A DNA stretch of 43,088 bases, from positions 1 to 43,088 of IMG/VR virus record IMGVR_UViG_3300005468_000008, one strand, 5' to 3'. The notes beneath the pieces were generated by a model. That model saw nothing but the letters and a program-made list of their open reading frames with translations. It had not been told where the DNA came from and ran no database searches. This document shows, piece after piece, positions 12,468 through 20,516 of this stretch. Position numbers and translations under genes: made by a program. Position 1 is the stretch's first letter. Each line of letters begins with the position of its first letter. Source of the stretch: a virus.

Positions 12468-12664
12468 AACCCTCCGACCAACTTCCCAAAATCATTATTG
12501 ACCAGAAGGCTGAGACCGCCCTTGAGATCATGGCCCAGACCCCACACAAGAGGTGTTGGGTGGACAGGCTCGCAAAGGAGATGGTGGCTTCCGGCAAGTG
12601 GGAGCGGGTCTACAAGAGGGTGGGTGGAAGGTTGACTCCTGCGTACAGGGTTCGCCAAAAATAA
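12464..12664 (+). CDS. Hypothetical protein
   Basis: 66-aa ORF with an ATGA overlap with the exonuclease gene. Confidence 0.6.
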   Translation: MKPSDQLPKIIIDQKAETALEIMAQTPHKRCWVDRLAKEMVASGKWERVYKRVGGRLTPAYRVRQK

Positions 12665-12678
12665 ATCCCCCACACCTA

Positions 12679-12707
12679 TTGACTTTCTGGAATCAGTTCC
12701 TTATCAT
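12679..12707 (+). promoter_or_regulatory. Sigma70-type promoter with leaderless geometry
   Basis: TTGACT (12679-12684), a 17-nt spacer, then TATCAT (12702-12707). ATG 12713 begins 5 nt after the -10 hexamer, with no SD. Confidence 0.45.
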
Positions 12708-12712
12708 ACACC

Positions 12713-12952
12713 ATGTCATTCGACTCGCTCAACCCAACCTACCCAGACCCACCCACATGGGACGAATGGCAATCCCGGTGGGCCAGGGAGGTCGCGAGCC
12801 TCAACGCTCGTCCGGGACAGGCCGGTAGAGACCGGCGCAACCAGGAGTACCGAGACTCCGGCGTTGAGATTGACCCAAACAGGTATCACCCTTACTCGGA
12901 GTGGGAATACGAATACGCAGATTGGATCGAAGGGGTGCTTGCGAAATGGTAG
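12713..12952 (+). CDS. Hypothetical protein (Trp/acidic-rich)
   Basis: 79-aa ORF starting at the predicted transcription start. Confidence 0.6.
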   Translation: MSFDSLNPTYPDPPTWDEWQSRWAREVASLNARPGQAGRDRRNQEYRDSGVEIDPNRYHPYSEWEYEYADWIEGVLAKW

Positions 12953-13128
12953 ACTGTGACCACATGACATACGATAGGGCCAAAAAGGTGTTGGATGGGA
13001 TGGTTGAGGCTGGGATTGTTTCCTTCTCGGCCAAGTACGACATTATGAAAATCGTTATTGCCTACGGTGGGTATAGGGGCCGCGAGGCAACCAACGACGC
13101 CATCAAGATATTCACACACAGCAAATAG
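12946..13128 (+). CDS. Small hypothetical protein
   Basis: The in-frame ATG 12946 overlaps the upstream stop (the ORF track starts at GTG 12901). 60 aa. Confidence 0.5.
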   Translation: MVDCDHMTYDRAKKVLDGMVEAGIVSFSAKYDIMKIVIAYGGYRGREATNDAIKIFTHSK

Positions 13129-13137
13129 GGGGAGAGA

Positions 13138-13359
13138 ATGTTTGTGTCTAGTAAGCGGTTGCGGCTCATAGAGGACAAGGTAGATCGCCTAGACCGAGCG
13201 GACGATAGAAGGTCTATGGGGGTTTCTGGTTGCAGGTCTGGTGTAGAGTCCCTCCAAATGACGATCGACCGGCTCCTAGATTACATGGGGCTGTACCAAA
13301 CCGAACAACCCCATCAAATCGTGATCCGCAAGAAATCCAAGTCAACCAAATCCAAATAA
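13138..13359 (+). CDS. Hypothetical protein
   Basis: 73-aa ORF with SD GGGGGAGAG upstream. Confidence 0.6.
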   Translation: MFVSSKRLRLIEDKVDRLDRADDRRSMGVSGCRSGVESLQMTIDRLLDYMGLYQTEQPHQIVIRKKSKSTKSK

Positions 13360-13375
13360 CGAGAGGGAGAAACAA

Positions 13376-13627
13376 ATGGATGATCTGTGGGGATTCTTCT
13401 GGGCGGGGATTGTGATTGTGGTAATCGCCCTCCTCGTTCTGATGACTGTTCAACATCGGCACGTCGCCGGGTACTATCTTACAGGAAACACCTACCCAAC
13501 AATAGGCGTTGATGTCGAGTGGGGTGTAGATAGATATATTCCGCTTGTCGGAACATCCTATCAAGACGCCGTTAAAATTATCGATTCACTTAACAAAACA
13601 ATCACTATAACTGAGAGGGAGAACTAA
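13376..13627 (+). CDS. Membrane protein (N-terminal TM helix)
   Basis: 83 aa with the hydrophobic segment FFWAGIVIVVIALLVLM. SD GAGAGGGAG upstream. Confidence 0.65.
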   Translation: MDDLWGFFWAGIVIVVIALLVLMTVQHRHVAGYYLTGNTYPTIGVDVEWGVDRYIPLVGTSYQDAVKIIDSLNKTITITEREN

Positions 13628-13629
13628 CC

Positions 13630-14184
13630 ATGCCTATCATGGCACAGGAAACAGGAACCGATTTTGAACAGCCCACCCCGGGGACAACCCAGGCGGTGTG
13701 TGTGTTCATCCACGACATCGGTATCCAAGAGAACAATTTCAGCGGCGAGACCAAGCGTGCCCACAAGATAATCATGGCGTTCGAGTTGGCTCAGAAGCGA
13801 ACAATTGGGGAGAACGCCGGGAAGCCGTTCATCTTGTCGAGCTTCTACACCCTGTCGCTCCACGAAAAGGCGGCTCTCCGCAAGGACTTGGAGGCGTGGC
13901 GGGGGAAGAAGTTCACCCCGCAGGAGTTGAAGGGATTCGACGTGGAAACCGTGAAGGGCGCGAACTGTCTCCTGTCCATCGTTGCCACCGAGAACGGCAA
14001 GCGGAAGATTAATGGGGTTATGGCTCTCCCCACCGGGATGCCGACCATCACCGCGAGTCTCACCGAACCACCTGACAAATATATCGAGTGGATCGAAAAG
14101 GAGAAATCAAAACAGATCAAGCCCGAGCCCACCACGGAAATAATCCAAGCCGAGCCCACAGATGACACGACTCCACCCTTCTGA
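13630..14184 (+). CDS. Putative ssDNA-binding protein (DUF669-like)
   Basis: 184 aa. LHEKAALRKDLEAWRGKKFTPQELKGFDVETVKGANCLLSI resembles the conserved core of DUF669 phage proteins. This is recognition from memory only. Confidence 0.5.
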   Translation: MPIMAQETGTDFEQPTPGTTQAVCVFIHDIGIQENNFSGETKRAHKIIMAFELAQKRTIGENAGKPFILSSFYTLSLHEKAALRKDLEAWRGKKFTPQELKGFDVETVKGANCLLSIVATENGKRKINGVMALPTGMPTITASLTEPPDKYIEWIEKEKSKQIKPEPTTEIIQAEPTDDTTPPF

Positions 14185-14187
14185 CCC

Positions 14188-14490
14188 ATGCCAATCGAAG
14201 CCAGAGAAGGTCTACCCGAGCGCGTCTTCGTCGGTAAGGGGTGGGAGAACAAGGGTGGCATCTCAATCTCGATCAAACAGGCCCAAATCGCCTCGCTTGT
14301 CCCTAACGAGTGGGGCGATGTCCGCCTGTTTGTCGGGAGGCTGAAGACACCGGAGGAACGATCCAAGGCCACCCATTTTGTCGCGGTGAGTGAGGGGCGG
14401 AAGACGAACGGGTGGGTGCCACCGAGGGCACCAAGTGGGATGCCGAGTGATCCTCCCGGACACACGGAGAAAGAGGATTTACCGTTTTGA
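14188..14490 (+). CDS. Hypothetical protein
   Basis: 100-aa ORF. Confidence 0.65.
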   Translation: MPIEAREGLPERVFVGKGWENKGGISISIKQAQIASLVPNEWGDVRLFVGRLKTPEERSKATHFVAVSEGRKTNGWVPPRAPSGMPSDPPGHTEKEDLPF

Positions 14491-14648
14491 TGGGGTCGGG
14501 GCGACTTCGCCGTATACTCGCCGACCGAGGTGGTCTCAAACGCATCTACCCAGACGGTGCCGCCTCAATCCGGGAAGACGCGGTTGACACACTTAATTCT
14601 GGTGACTATGGATACACTTCAATGGACGCAAAACTCAGAGGGAGAAGG

Positions 14649-15266
14649 ATGAGGAAAAAGTGTCTGGTGTACCTGAGTGGCCCATACTCGGGCGAGATAG
14701 AAAAGAACATCGCCGCCGCCAGGGAGGTTGCGATCAAACTGTGGGAGGCGGGTTATTGGGTGATCTGCCCACACCTGAACACCGCCCACTTTGAGGTTGA
14801 TTGCAAGGTGGGCTACCAAGACTACATCGACGGCGATTGCCGCATGATCGACGGGTGTGACGCCTTGGTGATGCTACCGAATTGGGCTGAGAGCAGGGGG
14901 GCGGTTATTGAGAAAGACCACGCCACAGGTCGCGGCATACCGTCCTATGTGTGGCCGTCTGTCCCACCGCTCGAAGTCACCCCGGAGAACGTCTTACAGG
15001 AGGCCAACCGCCTAGTCCACGGGAATCGCGGGGCAGACTATGGGCACCCTCTCGACGATTTCTCCCGTACTGCCCAAATGTGGTCTGCGATCATGGGTCG
15101 CCAAGTCACAGCCAATCAGGTCGGCCTCTGTATGGTGGCGGTGAAACTGAGCCGCGAGTGCAATAAGCCCAAACGGGACAATCTCGTTGATGTCGCCGGA
15201 TACGCCGAGACCGTACAGATGCTCAAAGAGGAGGCCGTCAGACGAGCCTTCGTAGACGATAAATAA
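14649..15266 (+). CDS. DUF4406 (nucleoside 2-deoxyribosyltransferase-like) fused to a DUF6378-like domain
   Basis: VYLSGPYSG...CDALVMLPNWAESRGAVIEKDHA (DUF4406 pattern) is followed by HGNRGADYGHPLDDFSRTAQMWSAI...KLSRECNKPKRDNLVDVAGYA (DUF6378 pattern). Alternative in-frame starts exist at 14490 (TGATG overlap) and 14622. Confidence 0.75.
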   Translation: MRKKCLVYLSGPYSGEIEKNIAAAREVAIKLWEAGYWVICPHLNTAHFEVDCKVGYQDYIDGDCRMIDGCDALVMLPNWAESRGAVIEKDHATGRGIPSYVWPSVPPLEVTPENVLQEANRLVHGNRGADYGHPLDDFSRTAQMWSAIMGRQVTANQVGLCMVAVKLSRECNKPKRDNLVDVAGYAETVQMLKEEAVRRAFVDDK

Positions 15267-15287
15267 CCCCCAACCACAAGGATAATA

Positions 15288-16598
15288 ATGACTAAGATCA
15301 GTCGCCTGATTCTACCCACCCTGGCCCTCCTTTTACTCAATACTCTGAGTAATTCACAAGACCTCGTTCGCTACGTCTGGATACCCTCATGGGACGTAAA
15401 CATCCCATCGACTACCTCGAACTATGGTGACATGCCGCTCTCGGAGTTCAGGTGGAGCGTGGGTACACACTACTCCTCGTTTGCCGTCCCGATGGCCTCA
15501 AATGGCTCCTCGATCACATGGAACAATCTCCTGATCGACCGGAGGCAACAGGTGAACGCGGCGGCACACGCGGCGGGTAAGCCTATATATTTGTGCCTTG
15601 GGGGGTCTGGGTCTGACGGGTGGATGACTTCGGCGTTCTCACCGGCAAACAGGGCCAACGCGATCCAAACGTTACTCGCGGCTCGCAGAGAATACAAGTA
15701 CGACGGGTTTGACTTCGATTGGGAGCCGTTCGGTAGGTCTGACACCGCAATCTTCTATCCCTTTGTCCGTGAACTCTATGCCGCCCTTGCCAACGAACCA
15801 ACCTACTTCGGCACACCGGAACGTCCAGCAATCGTCCTCACCATGTCCCCTGCCGGGAACCAGTGGGGGTTAGCGTTGAAACCGATGGGACCCTACCTCA
15901 AGTTTGTCGTCCTGATGGCTTACGACAAGATGGGGACGTGGACCGTCGTATCGTACTACGATTGCGCGGTGACATCCGGTGGGGTGCGTGTAGGCTCACA
16001 GGAGCCAGCCACAATGGAGCGTCAGGCCGGACAAACAGTGGGCTTCGACCCCAAGAAGATCATTGTTGGCCTGGATGTGATGGGGGCATTAATGAGCGGC
16101 GTGACAGCCCCAATGCAAACCATCCCGTCCGGCGTAACCATCAACGCAGACTACAAGTTCGACACATTCTACCGGGATGTGCTGATGGCTGATCCCAAGC
16201 CGGAGATAAAGTACGACGCCGTGGCGGGTGCGTATTGGTGTGCTAAGGGTGGGAACTTCTACTCGTTCATGGGTGCGCCGGGGCACGACCTGGCAATCGG
16301 CAAGGCGTTCTCATTCCTCAAGGGGAAGGGGTACGGTGGTGTCGCCTTGTGGAATTGGTCGGAAGCCTACTTGGGGTTTACCAAGTTCACCCCATCCAAC
16401 TATCCGGTCTTGGATAGGGACTGGGCTGGAAGCGCGTTCCTCAAGTATGCCGGGGTGGTAGTCCCACCTCCTCCCCCGCCACCCCCAACCGATACATCAG
16501 CGTGTGACACGGTGTACCGGGTTATCACGATCAGAGATTCCCTGTTCTTCCGGCTTGTGCCCATTATCTCCGGGTACGACACCGTGAGGGTGAGGTAG
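15288..16598 (+). CDS. Secreted glycoside hydrolase family 18 (chitinase-like) protein
   Basis: Signal peptide MTKISRLILPTLALLLLNTLSNS. The GH18 catalytic motif DGFDFDWE is present. A run of nine prolines forms a linker to a short C-terminal segment. Confidence 0.85.
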   Translation: MTKISRLILPTLALLLLNTLSNSQDLVRYVWIPSWDVNIPSTTSNYGDMPLSEFRWSVGTHYSSFAVPMASNGSSITWNNLLIDRRQQVNAAAHAAGKPIYLCLGGSGSDGWMTSAFSPANRANAIQTLLAARREYKYDGFDFDWEPFGRSDTAIFYPFVRELYAALANEPTYFGTPERPAIVLTMSPAGNQWGLALKPMGPYLKFVVLMAYDKMGTWTVVSYYDCAVTSGGVRVGSQEPATMERQAGQTVGFDPKKIIVGLDVMGALMSGVTAPMQTIPSGVTINADYKFDTFYRDVLMADPKPEIKYDAVAGAYWCAKGGNFYSFMGAPGHDLAIGKAFSFLKGKGYGGVALWNWSEAYLGFTKFTPSNYPVLDRDWAGSAFLKYAGVVVPPPPPPPPTDTSACDTVYRVITIRDSLFFRLVPIISGYDTVRVR

Positions 16599-16975
16599 TG
16601 TCGAGGAGGCGCAAGTCCAAACGCAAGAAACTCGTCCCCATGCCGCGCCTGATGCGGGATGCTGTATCCGCGTTCAACGGGTGGATACGAAGACGGGATT
16701 TCGCGTGTATGACTTGCGGAACGACCAAGAAGCCTACCGCGAGTCATCTGATAACGGCTAGGAGGGTTGCTACCCGATTCTCTGAAATCGGCGTAGTGAA
16801 GATGTGCCGGGATTGTAATATGAGGCATGAGTTCTTTCCAGAACTGATGACTTCCAAGTGGCTCAAACAATATGGACTCGTCGCCTACCACAACCTTGTC
16901 GCGGAATCCCTCAAGCCGAAGAAATACAAACGGCACGAACTAGAGAACATCATCCAGACTTACCTCAACAAATGA
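16598..16975 (+). CDS. ninG: NinG/Rap-like recombination protein
   Basis: The GTG start overlaps the GH18 stop. FNGWIRRRDFACMTCG...ASHLITARRVATRFSEIGVVKMCRDCN resembles the NinG core (yIR.Rd..C..Cg....aGH...R.....Rf.e.N...C..CN). Confidence 0.6.
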   Translation: MSRRRKSKRKKLVPMPRLMRDAVSAFNGWIRRRDFACMTCGTTKKPTASHLITARRVATRFSEIGVVKMCRDCNMRHEFFPELMTSKWLKQYGLVAYHNLVAESLKPKKYKRHELENIIQTYLNK

Positions 16976-17370
16976 GTCCCGAGGTATTAGAGGCGTGGGC
17001 GCGTTACCTGTTACACTGTGAGGAAATGGGGAAGAAGTTGTCCACCCCAGCGGTCAAGATGGCCCTGGTGAAAGTGTTTGAGATTGCCAACGGGAACGCT
17101 TCGATGGCCGAAGCTCTCATCAACCAATCGGTTGAAAGCGGGTGGGTGCAGATATACCCGCTGACGGCTCACAACATGGAACGGTACAAGGCGAGAGAGC
17201 GGGATAAGAAGAAGTTTATGGTGACTCCTTGCGCCTACTGCCAGAAACCGATTACCGAGAGTAACCGCAGTTGGCATGAGGGCAATGAGTGTCCAAACTT
17301 CAAGCTGGCCGACCCGCAACAGGTGGCAGACGCGGTGAAACAGTTGACCGAGAAGTGGAAGGTAAACTAG
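16972..17370 (+). CDS. Putative replisome-organizer/DnaD-like domain protein
   Basis: ATGA overlap at 16972 (the ORF track starts at 16858). W..YL...EEMGKKLSTPAVKMALVKV.E...GN....ALINQSVESGWVQIY resembles the DnaD-like C-terminal pattern. A C-terminal CxxC...C is present. Confidence 0.5.
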   Translation: MSPEVLEAWARYLLHCEEMGKKLSTPAVKMALVKVFEIANGNASMAEALINQSVESGWVQIYPLTAHNMERYKARERDKKKFMVTPCAYCQKPITESNRSWHEGNECPNFKLADPQQVADAVKQLTEKWKVN

Positions 17371-17669
17371 TGGCGAAGGTCGCAGAGGGCAACCGTATAG
17401 ACAAGTACCACTACTTGCGGAAGTCGTACCGCAAGGATGGTATATATCTCAAAGTCCACGAACTCCCCATCCCAGAGCAAAAGGAACTCTTTAGCCAACT
17501 CTTCCACGCCCACGACTTCGAGCGGGAGTTCATCGTGAAGCGATTTCTTGCTAGGCGGATTGTGGCTGAGTGTCGAGAGAAGCATATCGAATGTGACCCC
17601 AAATTGATTGCGTTAGCTAAGTCCGAATTTGTGCCAAACGTTGTCCCATCGGAGGAGGATGATGAGTGA
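17370..17669 (+). CDS. Hypothetical protein
   Basis: In-frame GTG 17370 overlaps the upstream TAG. About 99 aa with an acidic C-terminus. Confidence 0.5.
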   Translation: MAKVAEGNRIDKYHYLRKSYRKDGIYLKVHELPIPEQKELFSQLFHAHDFEREFIVKRFLARRIVAECREKHIECDPKLIALAKSEFVPNVVPSEEDDE

Positions 17670-18261
17670 AATCACCCTCGCCAAAAAGGTCAACCCGAAC
17701 GAGGTTCGCTACGGTGAAACCTTCAACTGTATCGACTGTGGGGACGATGTGGTCAGGGGTGGGGCAACCCATTTCAGGTGCCCCCGGTGTGCCAGAGAGG
17801 CCACCCTTGGTATCCGATCCAAAAAGATCGCCCACTATTTCCCCGTGGTTAGGGACGACATGGCGTGGCTCCCGTCCTACCTGTTGAGTAGGGACGAAGA
17901 CGACACCGACAGGGCGAGGGAGGTCGGTATCCCAAAGCGGGATCGGCCCGGTGAATGGTTGGAATCGGCCCTCAACATCAAGTCCCCGTGTGGTGGGTGT
18001 GGTAACGCCCCAAGGTGTCGAGACCAGAAATTGATGTGTAAGGCGTTCTATGTGTGGGCCGATGGAAGGAAGAGTAAGAACGGGTGGGGTAAGAGGATCG
18101 ACCCATCCAGGAAGTATTACAAGATGAGTTTCCCCAATGACAAAGAAGAAAGTACGACCTCAGCCCAACAAAGAGCCCGTCGAAACACCCACCCTTCCAA
18201 CACACCTTCAAAAGTGGGTAGACGAAAATGGTCTTCCCTCAACAGTGAGAATCCCCGATGA
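17659..18261 (+). CDS. Zinc-ribbon protein (multiple CxxC pairs)
   Basis: GGAGGAGG SD, with ATG at 17659 or 17662. Carries CIDCG...CPRC and CGGCG...C...C. The last 40 or so codons overlap ORF 18137-18328 and look compositionally poorer. Confidence 0.6.
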   Translation: MMSEITLAKKVNPNEVRYGETFNCIDCGDDVVRGGATHFRCPRCAREATLGIRSKKIAHYFPVVRDDMAWLPSYLLSRDEDDTDRAREVGIPKRDRPGEWLESALNIKSPCGGCGNAPRCRDQKLMCKAFYVWADGRKSKNGWGKRIDPSRKYYKMSFPNDKEESTTSAQQRARRNTHPSNTPSKVGRRKWSSLNSENPR

Positions 18262-18328
18262 TCTGGAAGACCCGTGGGGGACAACCGGTGGGAGCGGTGG
18301 GAAGGTAAAAAAGAGGGAGGTTGAATAA
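18137..18328 (+). CDS. Possible small ORF in the +1 frame overlapping the previous gene end
   Basis: 63-aa ORF whose composition looks more protein-like than the overlapping frame. There is no SD. It ends 4 nt before the next gene. Confidence 0.3.
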   Translation: MTKKKVRPQPNKEPVETPTLPTHLQKWVDENGLPSTVRIPDDLEDPWGTTGGSGGKVKKREVE

Positions 18329-18332
18329 GAGT

Positions 18333-18845
18333 ATGAGAGCTATATCGGGTTTCCCCGGTTACTTCGCAACGGAGGGCGGGAATATCTACTCGATTAAACG
18401 TCGGGGGCGACATGGTGGGTATGGCCCACTCCACAAGCTTGTGCCAACGAGAGACCGAGAGGGCTATCTTATCGTGAATCTGTATAGGGGTGGAAAGCCG
18501 CACCTTCGGATGGTGCATCGGCTAGTTTTGGAAACTTTCATAGGCCCGCGCCCATTGGGGATGGAGTGCTGTCATGGGCCGAGCGGAAAACTCGACAACT
18601 CTATCGGGAATCTTGTGTGGGGTACGCGCTCCAAAAATTATGGCGAGGATAGGGTGAGAGATGGCACTCATTGTCGAGGCGAACGTCATCCATTCGCCAA
18701 ACTCAATTCTCTTCAGGCTCGCGTGATCCGGCGGGCCTATTCCAAGAGAGGGGGTGGTGGGCTGTCTGGGCCAGCATTAGCAAGAGTTTTCTTGGTAAGC
18801 CACTCGACAATCGGTCGGATTATCAGGATGGAGAGCTATGTCTAG
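18333..18845 (+). CDS. NUMOD4-HNH homing endonuclease (paralogue 2)
   Basis: ISGFPGYFATEGGNIYS (NUMOD4), VHRLVLETFIGP...HGPSGKLDNSIGNLVWGTRSKN (HNH_3) and a C-terminal HTH LARVFLVSHSTIGRIIR. This is the last gene of the rightward arm. Confidence 0.85.
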   Translation: MRAISGFPGYFATEGGNIYSIKRRGRHGGYGPLHKLVPTRDREGYLIVNLYRGGKPHLRMVHRLVLETFIGPRPLGMECCHGPSGKLDNSIGNLVWGTRSKNYGEDRVRDGTHCRGERHPFAKLNSLQARVIRRAYSKRGGGGLSGPALARVFLVSHSTIGRIIRMESYV

Positions 18846-18956
18846 TGGAGATACATTATGGGGCCAGCCCGATCAGCGCGTGGAGGGAGGGACGCACCGA
18901 CCAGAACCGGCCCCAAATGGTACTTAATCGAGCGGGAACGACCCTCCTAGCCCGTT

Positions 18957-19166
18957 TTACCGGGGAGGGGTAGTCTCGATAGCCTTCGCCTGCTTGGCGA
19001 CAGCCAGCCTGATCGTGCCGATCCCCAGCAACTCGATAATCTGTTGAAACTCGGGACTAGCGAAGAACTGCATAATCGACAAATCCCCGGTGAGGAAGTG
19101 AACCGCTTGGATGAGAAGCCCGAGTATCACCAGAATGTACGTTTTCTTTCCTGCAAGCCACGTCAT
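18957..19166 (-). CDS. Small membrane protein (holin-like candidate)
   Basis: 69 aa with hydrophobic segments YILVILGLLIQAVHFL and IIELLGIGTI. This is the last gene of the leftward arm. Confidence 0.55.
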   Translation of the reverse strand: MTWLAGKKTYILVILGLLIQAVHFLTGDLSIMQFFASPEFQQIIELLGIGTIRLAVAKQAKAIETTPPR

Positions 19167-19185
19167 GATTGTTGTTCCTTTGTGA

Positions 19186-19386
19186 TTATTGTCCGAAAAA
19201 TGGCAGTAGCTCCATCAGGCTTTTGAGTTCCCCGATGTGGTGTATTGCCAGACCATACACCCAGATGTGAAACAAAACAACAAGTAGCGTCATCTTCTTG
19301 TGGGCCATCACGATAGGTAGAATCTCCGCAATCACCACGGCTAGCGCCGCATACTGATCCGACATTACTTCGTGGGGCTTCCTCAT
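19186..19386 (-). CDS. Small 2-TM membrane protein (holin-like candidate)
   Basis: 66 aa with AALAVVIAEILPIVMA and TLLVVLFHIWVYGLAI. Confidence 0.55.
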   Translation of the reverse strand: MRKPHEVMSDQYAALAVVIAEILPIVMAHKKMTLLVVLFHIWVYGLAIHHIGELKSLMELLPFFGQ

Positions 19387-19658
19387 TTCTTCTGCGACAC
19401 CAACCTTTCGATACGATCCAACTGTTCTTTGATGGCCCCCATCCTCTCAGACTGTATGGCGTCAACGATACTGTTGGCTTGATCGGCCACCACGTTGGCC
19501 TGTATCGCCGCCGTGTTCTCTTTGACATCGGTGAGGACGGATTGCCCGCCGTAGGCAACAACACCCAAGAGGATAGCGATAAGCCCAAGGGCGGCCCTCC
19601 AAATATTTTTATCGATGATGTAACTTCCATTGTTATCGGATTTGACCATCGGTTCCAC
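19383..19658 (-). CDS. Type II membrane protein with a coiled-coil ectodomain (i-spanin-like candidate)
   Basis: 91 aa. The N-terminal TM helix AALGLIAILLGVVAYG is followed by a helical Q/A/E-rich region. ATGA overlap with the downstream gene. Confidence 0.5.
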   Translation of the reverse strand: MEPMVKSDNNGSYIIDKNIWRAALGLIAILLGVVAYGGQSVLTDVKENTAAIQANVVADQANSIVDAIQSERMGAIKEQLDRIERLVSQKK

Positions 19659-20066
19659 TTATACCCCCTGCGGTTTGTCAGTCGGCTCGGGTGATCCGGC
19701 CAACATGAAATCAAGGTTCACAAGGTCAAGCGGCGAGAGGCCCGCCTTCTCAAACTTGGCAATCGGGATGGGCGGTTCGATGTTTGGGAGAATGACCTCG
19801 CCCTCCATCAACTCGTCCAACTCCGCCTGAAACTTATCCACCTCCGCATCACGAATCTTCCTGCCACCACCCTCCACCTTGTCGCCGTATTTCTCGTATA
19901 GTGAATCGGTGAGTTTCTGAATCCTCGTCAACTCTTCTGTGGCCGCTTGGAGGAATTTCCCCATTCTAAACGCGGTGTAGATGTCTACCGAGTGGGCCGG
20001 GGGGCTGGCGACACGCTTGAGACTGTCAGTTTTACTGAGGAACGATTTAACTGTGAATTGTGGCAT
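19659..20066 (-). CDS. Hypothetical protein (possible fibre or tail assembly factor)
   Basis: 135-aa ORF between the fibre-associated lipoprotein gene and the membrane-protein genes. No motif recognised. Confidence 0.65.
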   Translation of the reverse strand: MPQFTVKSFLSKTDSLKRVASPPAHSVDIYTAFRMGKFLQAATEELTRIQKLTDSLYEKYGDKVEGGGRKIRDAEVDKFQAELDELMEGEVILPNIEPPIPIAKFEKAGLSPLDLVNLDFMLAGSPEPTDKPQGV

Positions 20067-20094
20067 GGTTTCCCTCTTTTGGATTGTTGTTGGA

Positions 20095-20505
20095 TTAGTT
20101 GTCTTCCGTGATCGTCTGGATTACGATGGTCGCCGTTTCACCGGGAGTGGTGCCGATATGATTGATCGGGGCGGCTTCTTGGCCGTTGACACGCGGCACA
20201 AATGCGTCGGGGGTGATGTATCGCCCCGACAACACAGACCCCGAGGCAATCTGAGTGCCGCTGTTCGATGTGGCGACGTATGACGTTCCGTTGGTGAAAA
20301 CCGTTACAGAGTAAATCCTGCAATTATGATCCACCGTGTATGAGCCATCCCAATATAGCGTGCCGTACTCCCATTTGAACGTGAAAGCTGACTGCCCCCC
20401 GCCACCCGGCGGATTAGACGAGATGAATTTTGGTATGTTGATGTCGGGTTCGTTTTGACACCCGATAACGAAGGTTGTAAGTAACAGTAGTATGATATAT
20501 TTCAT
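20095..20505 (-). CDS. Predicted lipoprotein encoded immediately after the tail-fibre gene
   Basis: The internal ATG 20505 gives MKYIILLLLTTFVIGCQNEPD, a signal peptide plus lipobox. AGGAA lies upstream. The longer ORF-track start (20592) overlaps the fibre gene. Confidence 0.7.
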   Translation of the reverse strand: MKYIILLLLTTFVIGCQNEPDINIPKFISSNPPGGGGQSAFTFKWEYGTLYWDGSYTVDHNCRIYSVTVFTNGTSYVATSNSGTQIASGSVLSGRYITPDAFVPRVNGQEAAPINHIGTTPGETATIVIQTITEDN

Positions 20506-20516
20506 TTGATTCCTAG

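Noticed and set aside
14584-14612. Promoter TTGACA-17-TATGGA upstream of the DUF4406 gene
   Set aside because: The -10 element is weak (TATGGA), and the site lies inside an open in-frame extension of the gene that may be translated. It is mentioned only as a reason for the uncertain start.
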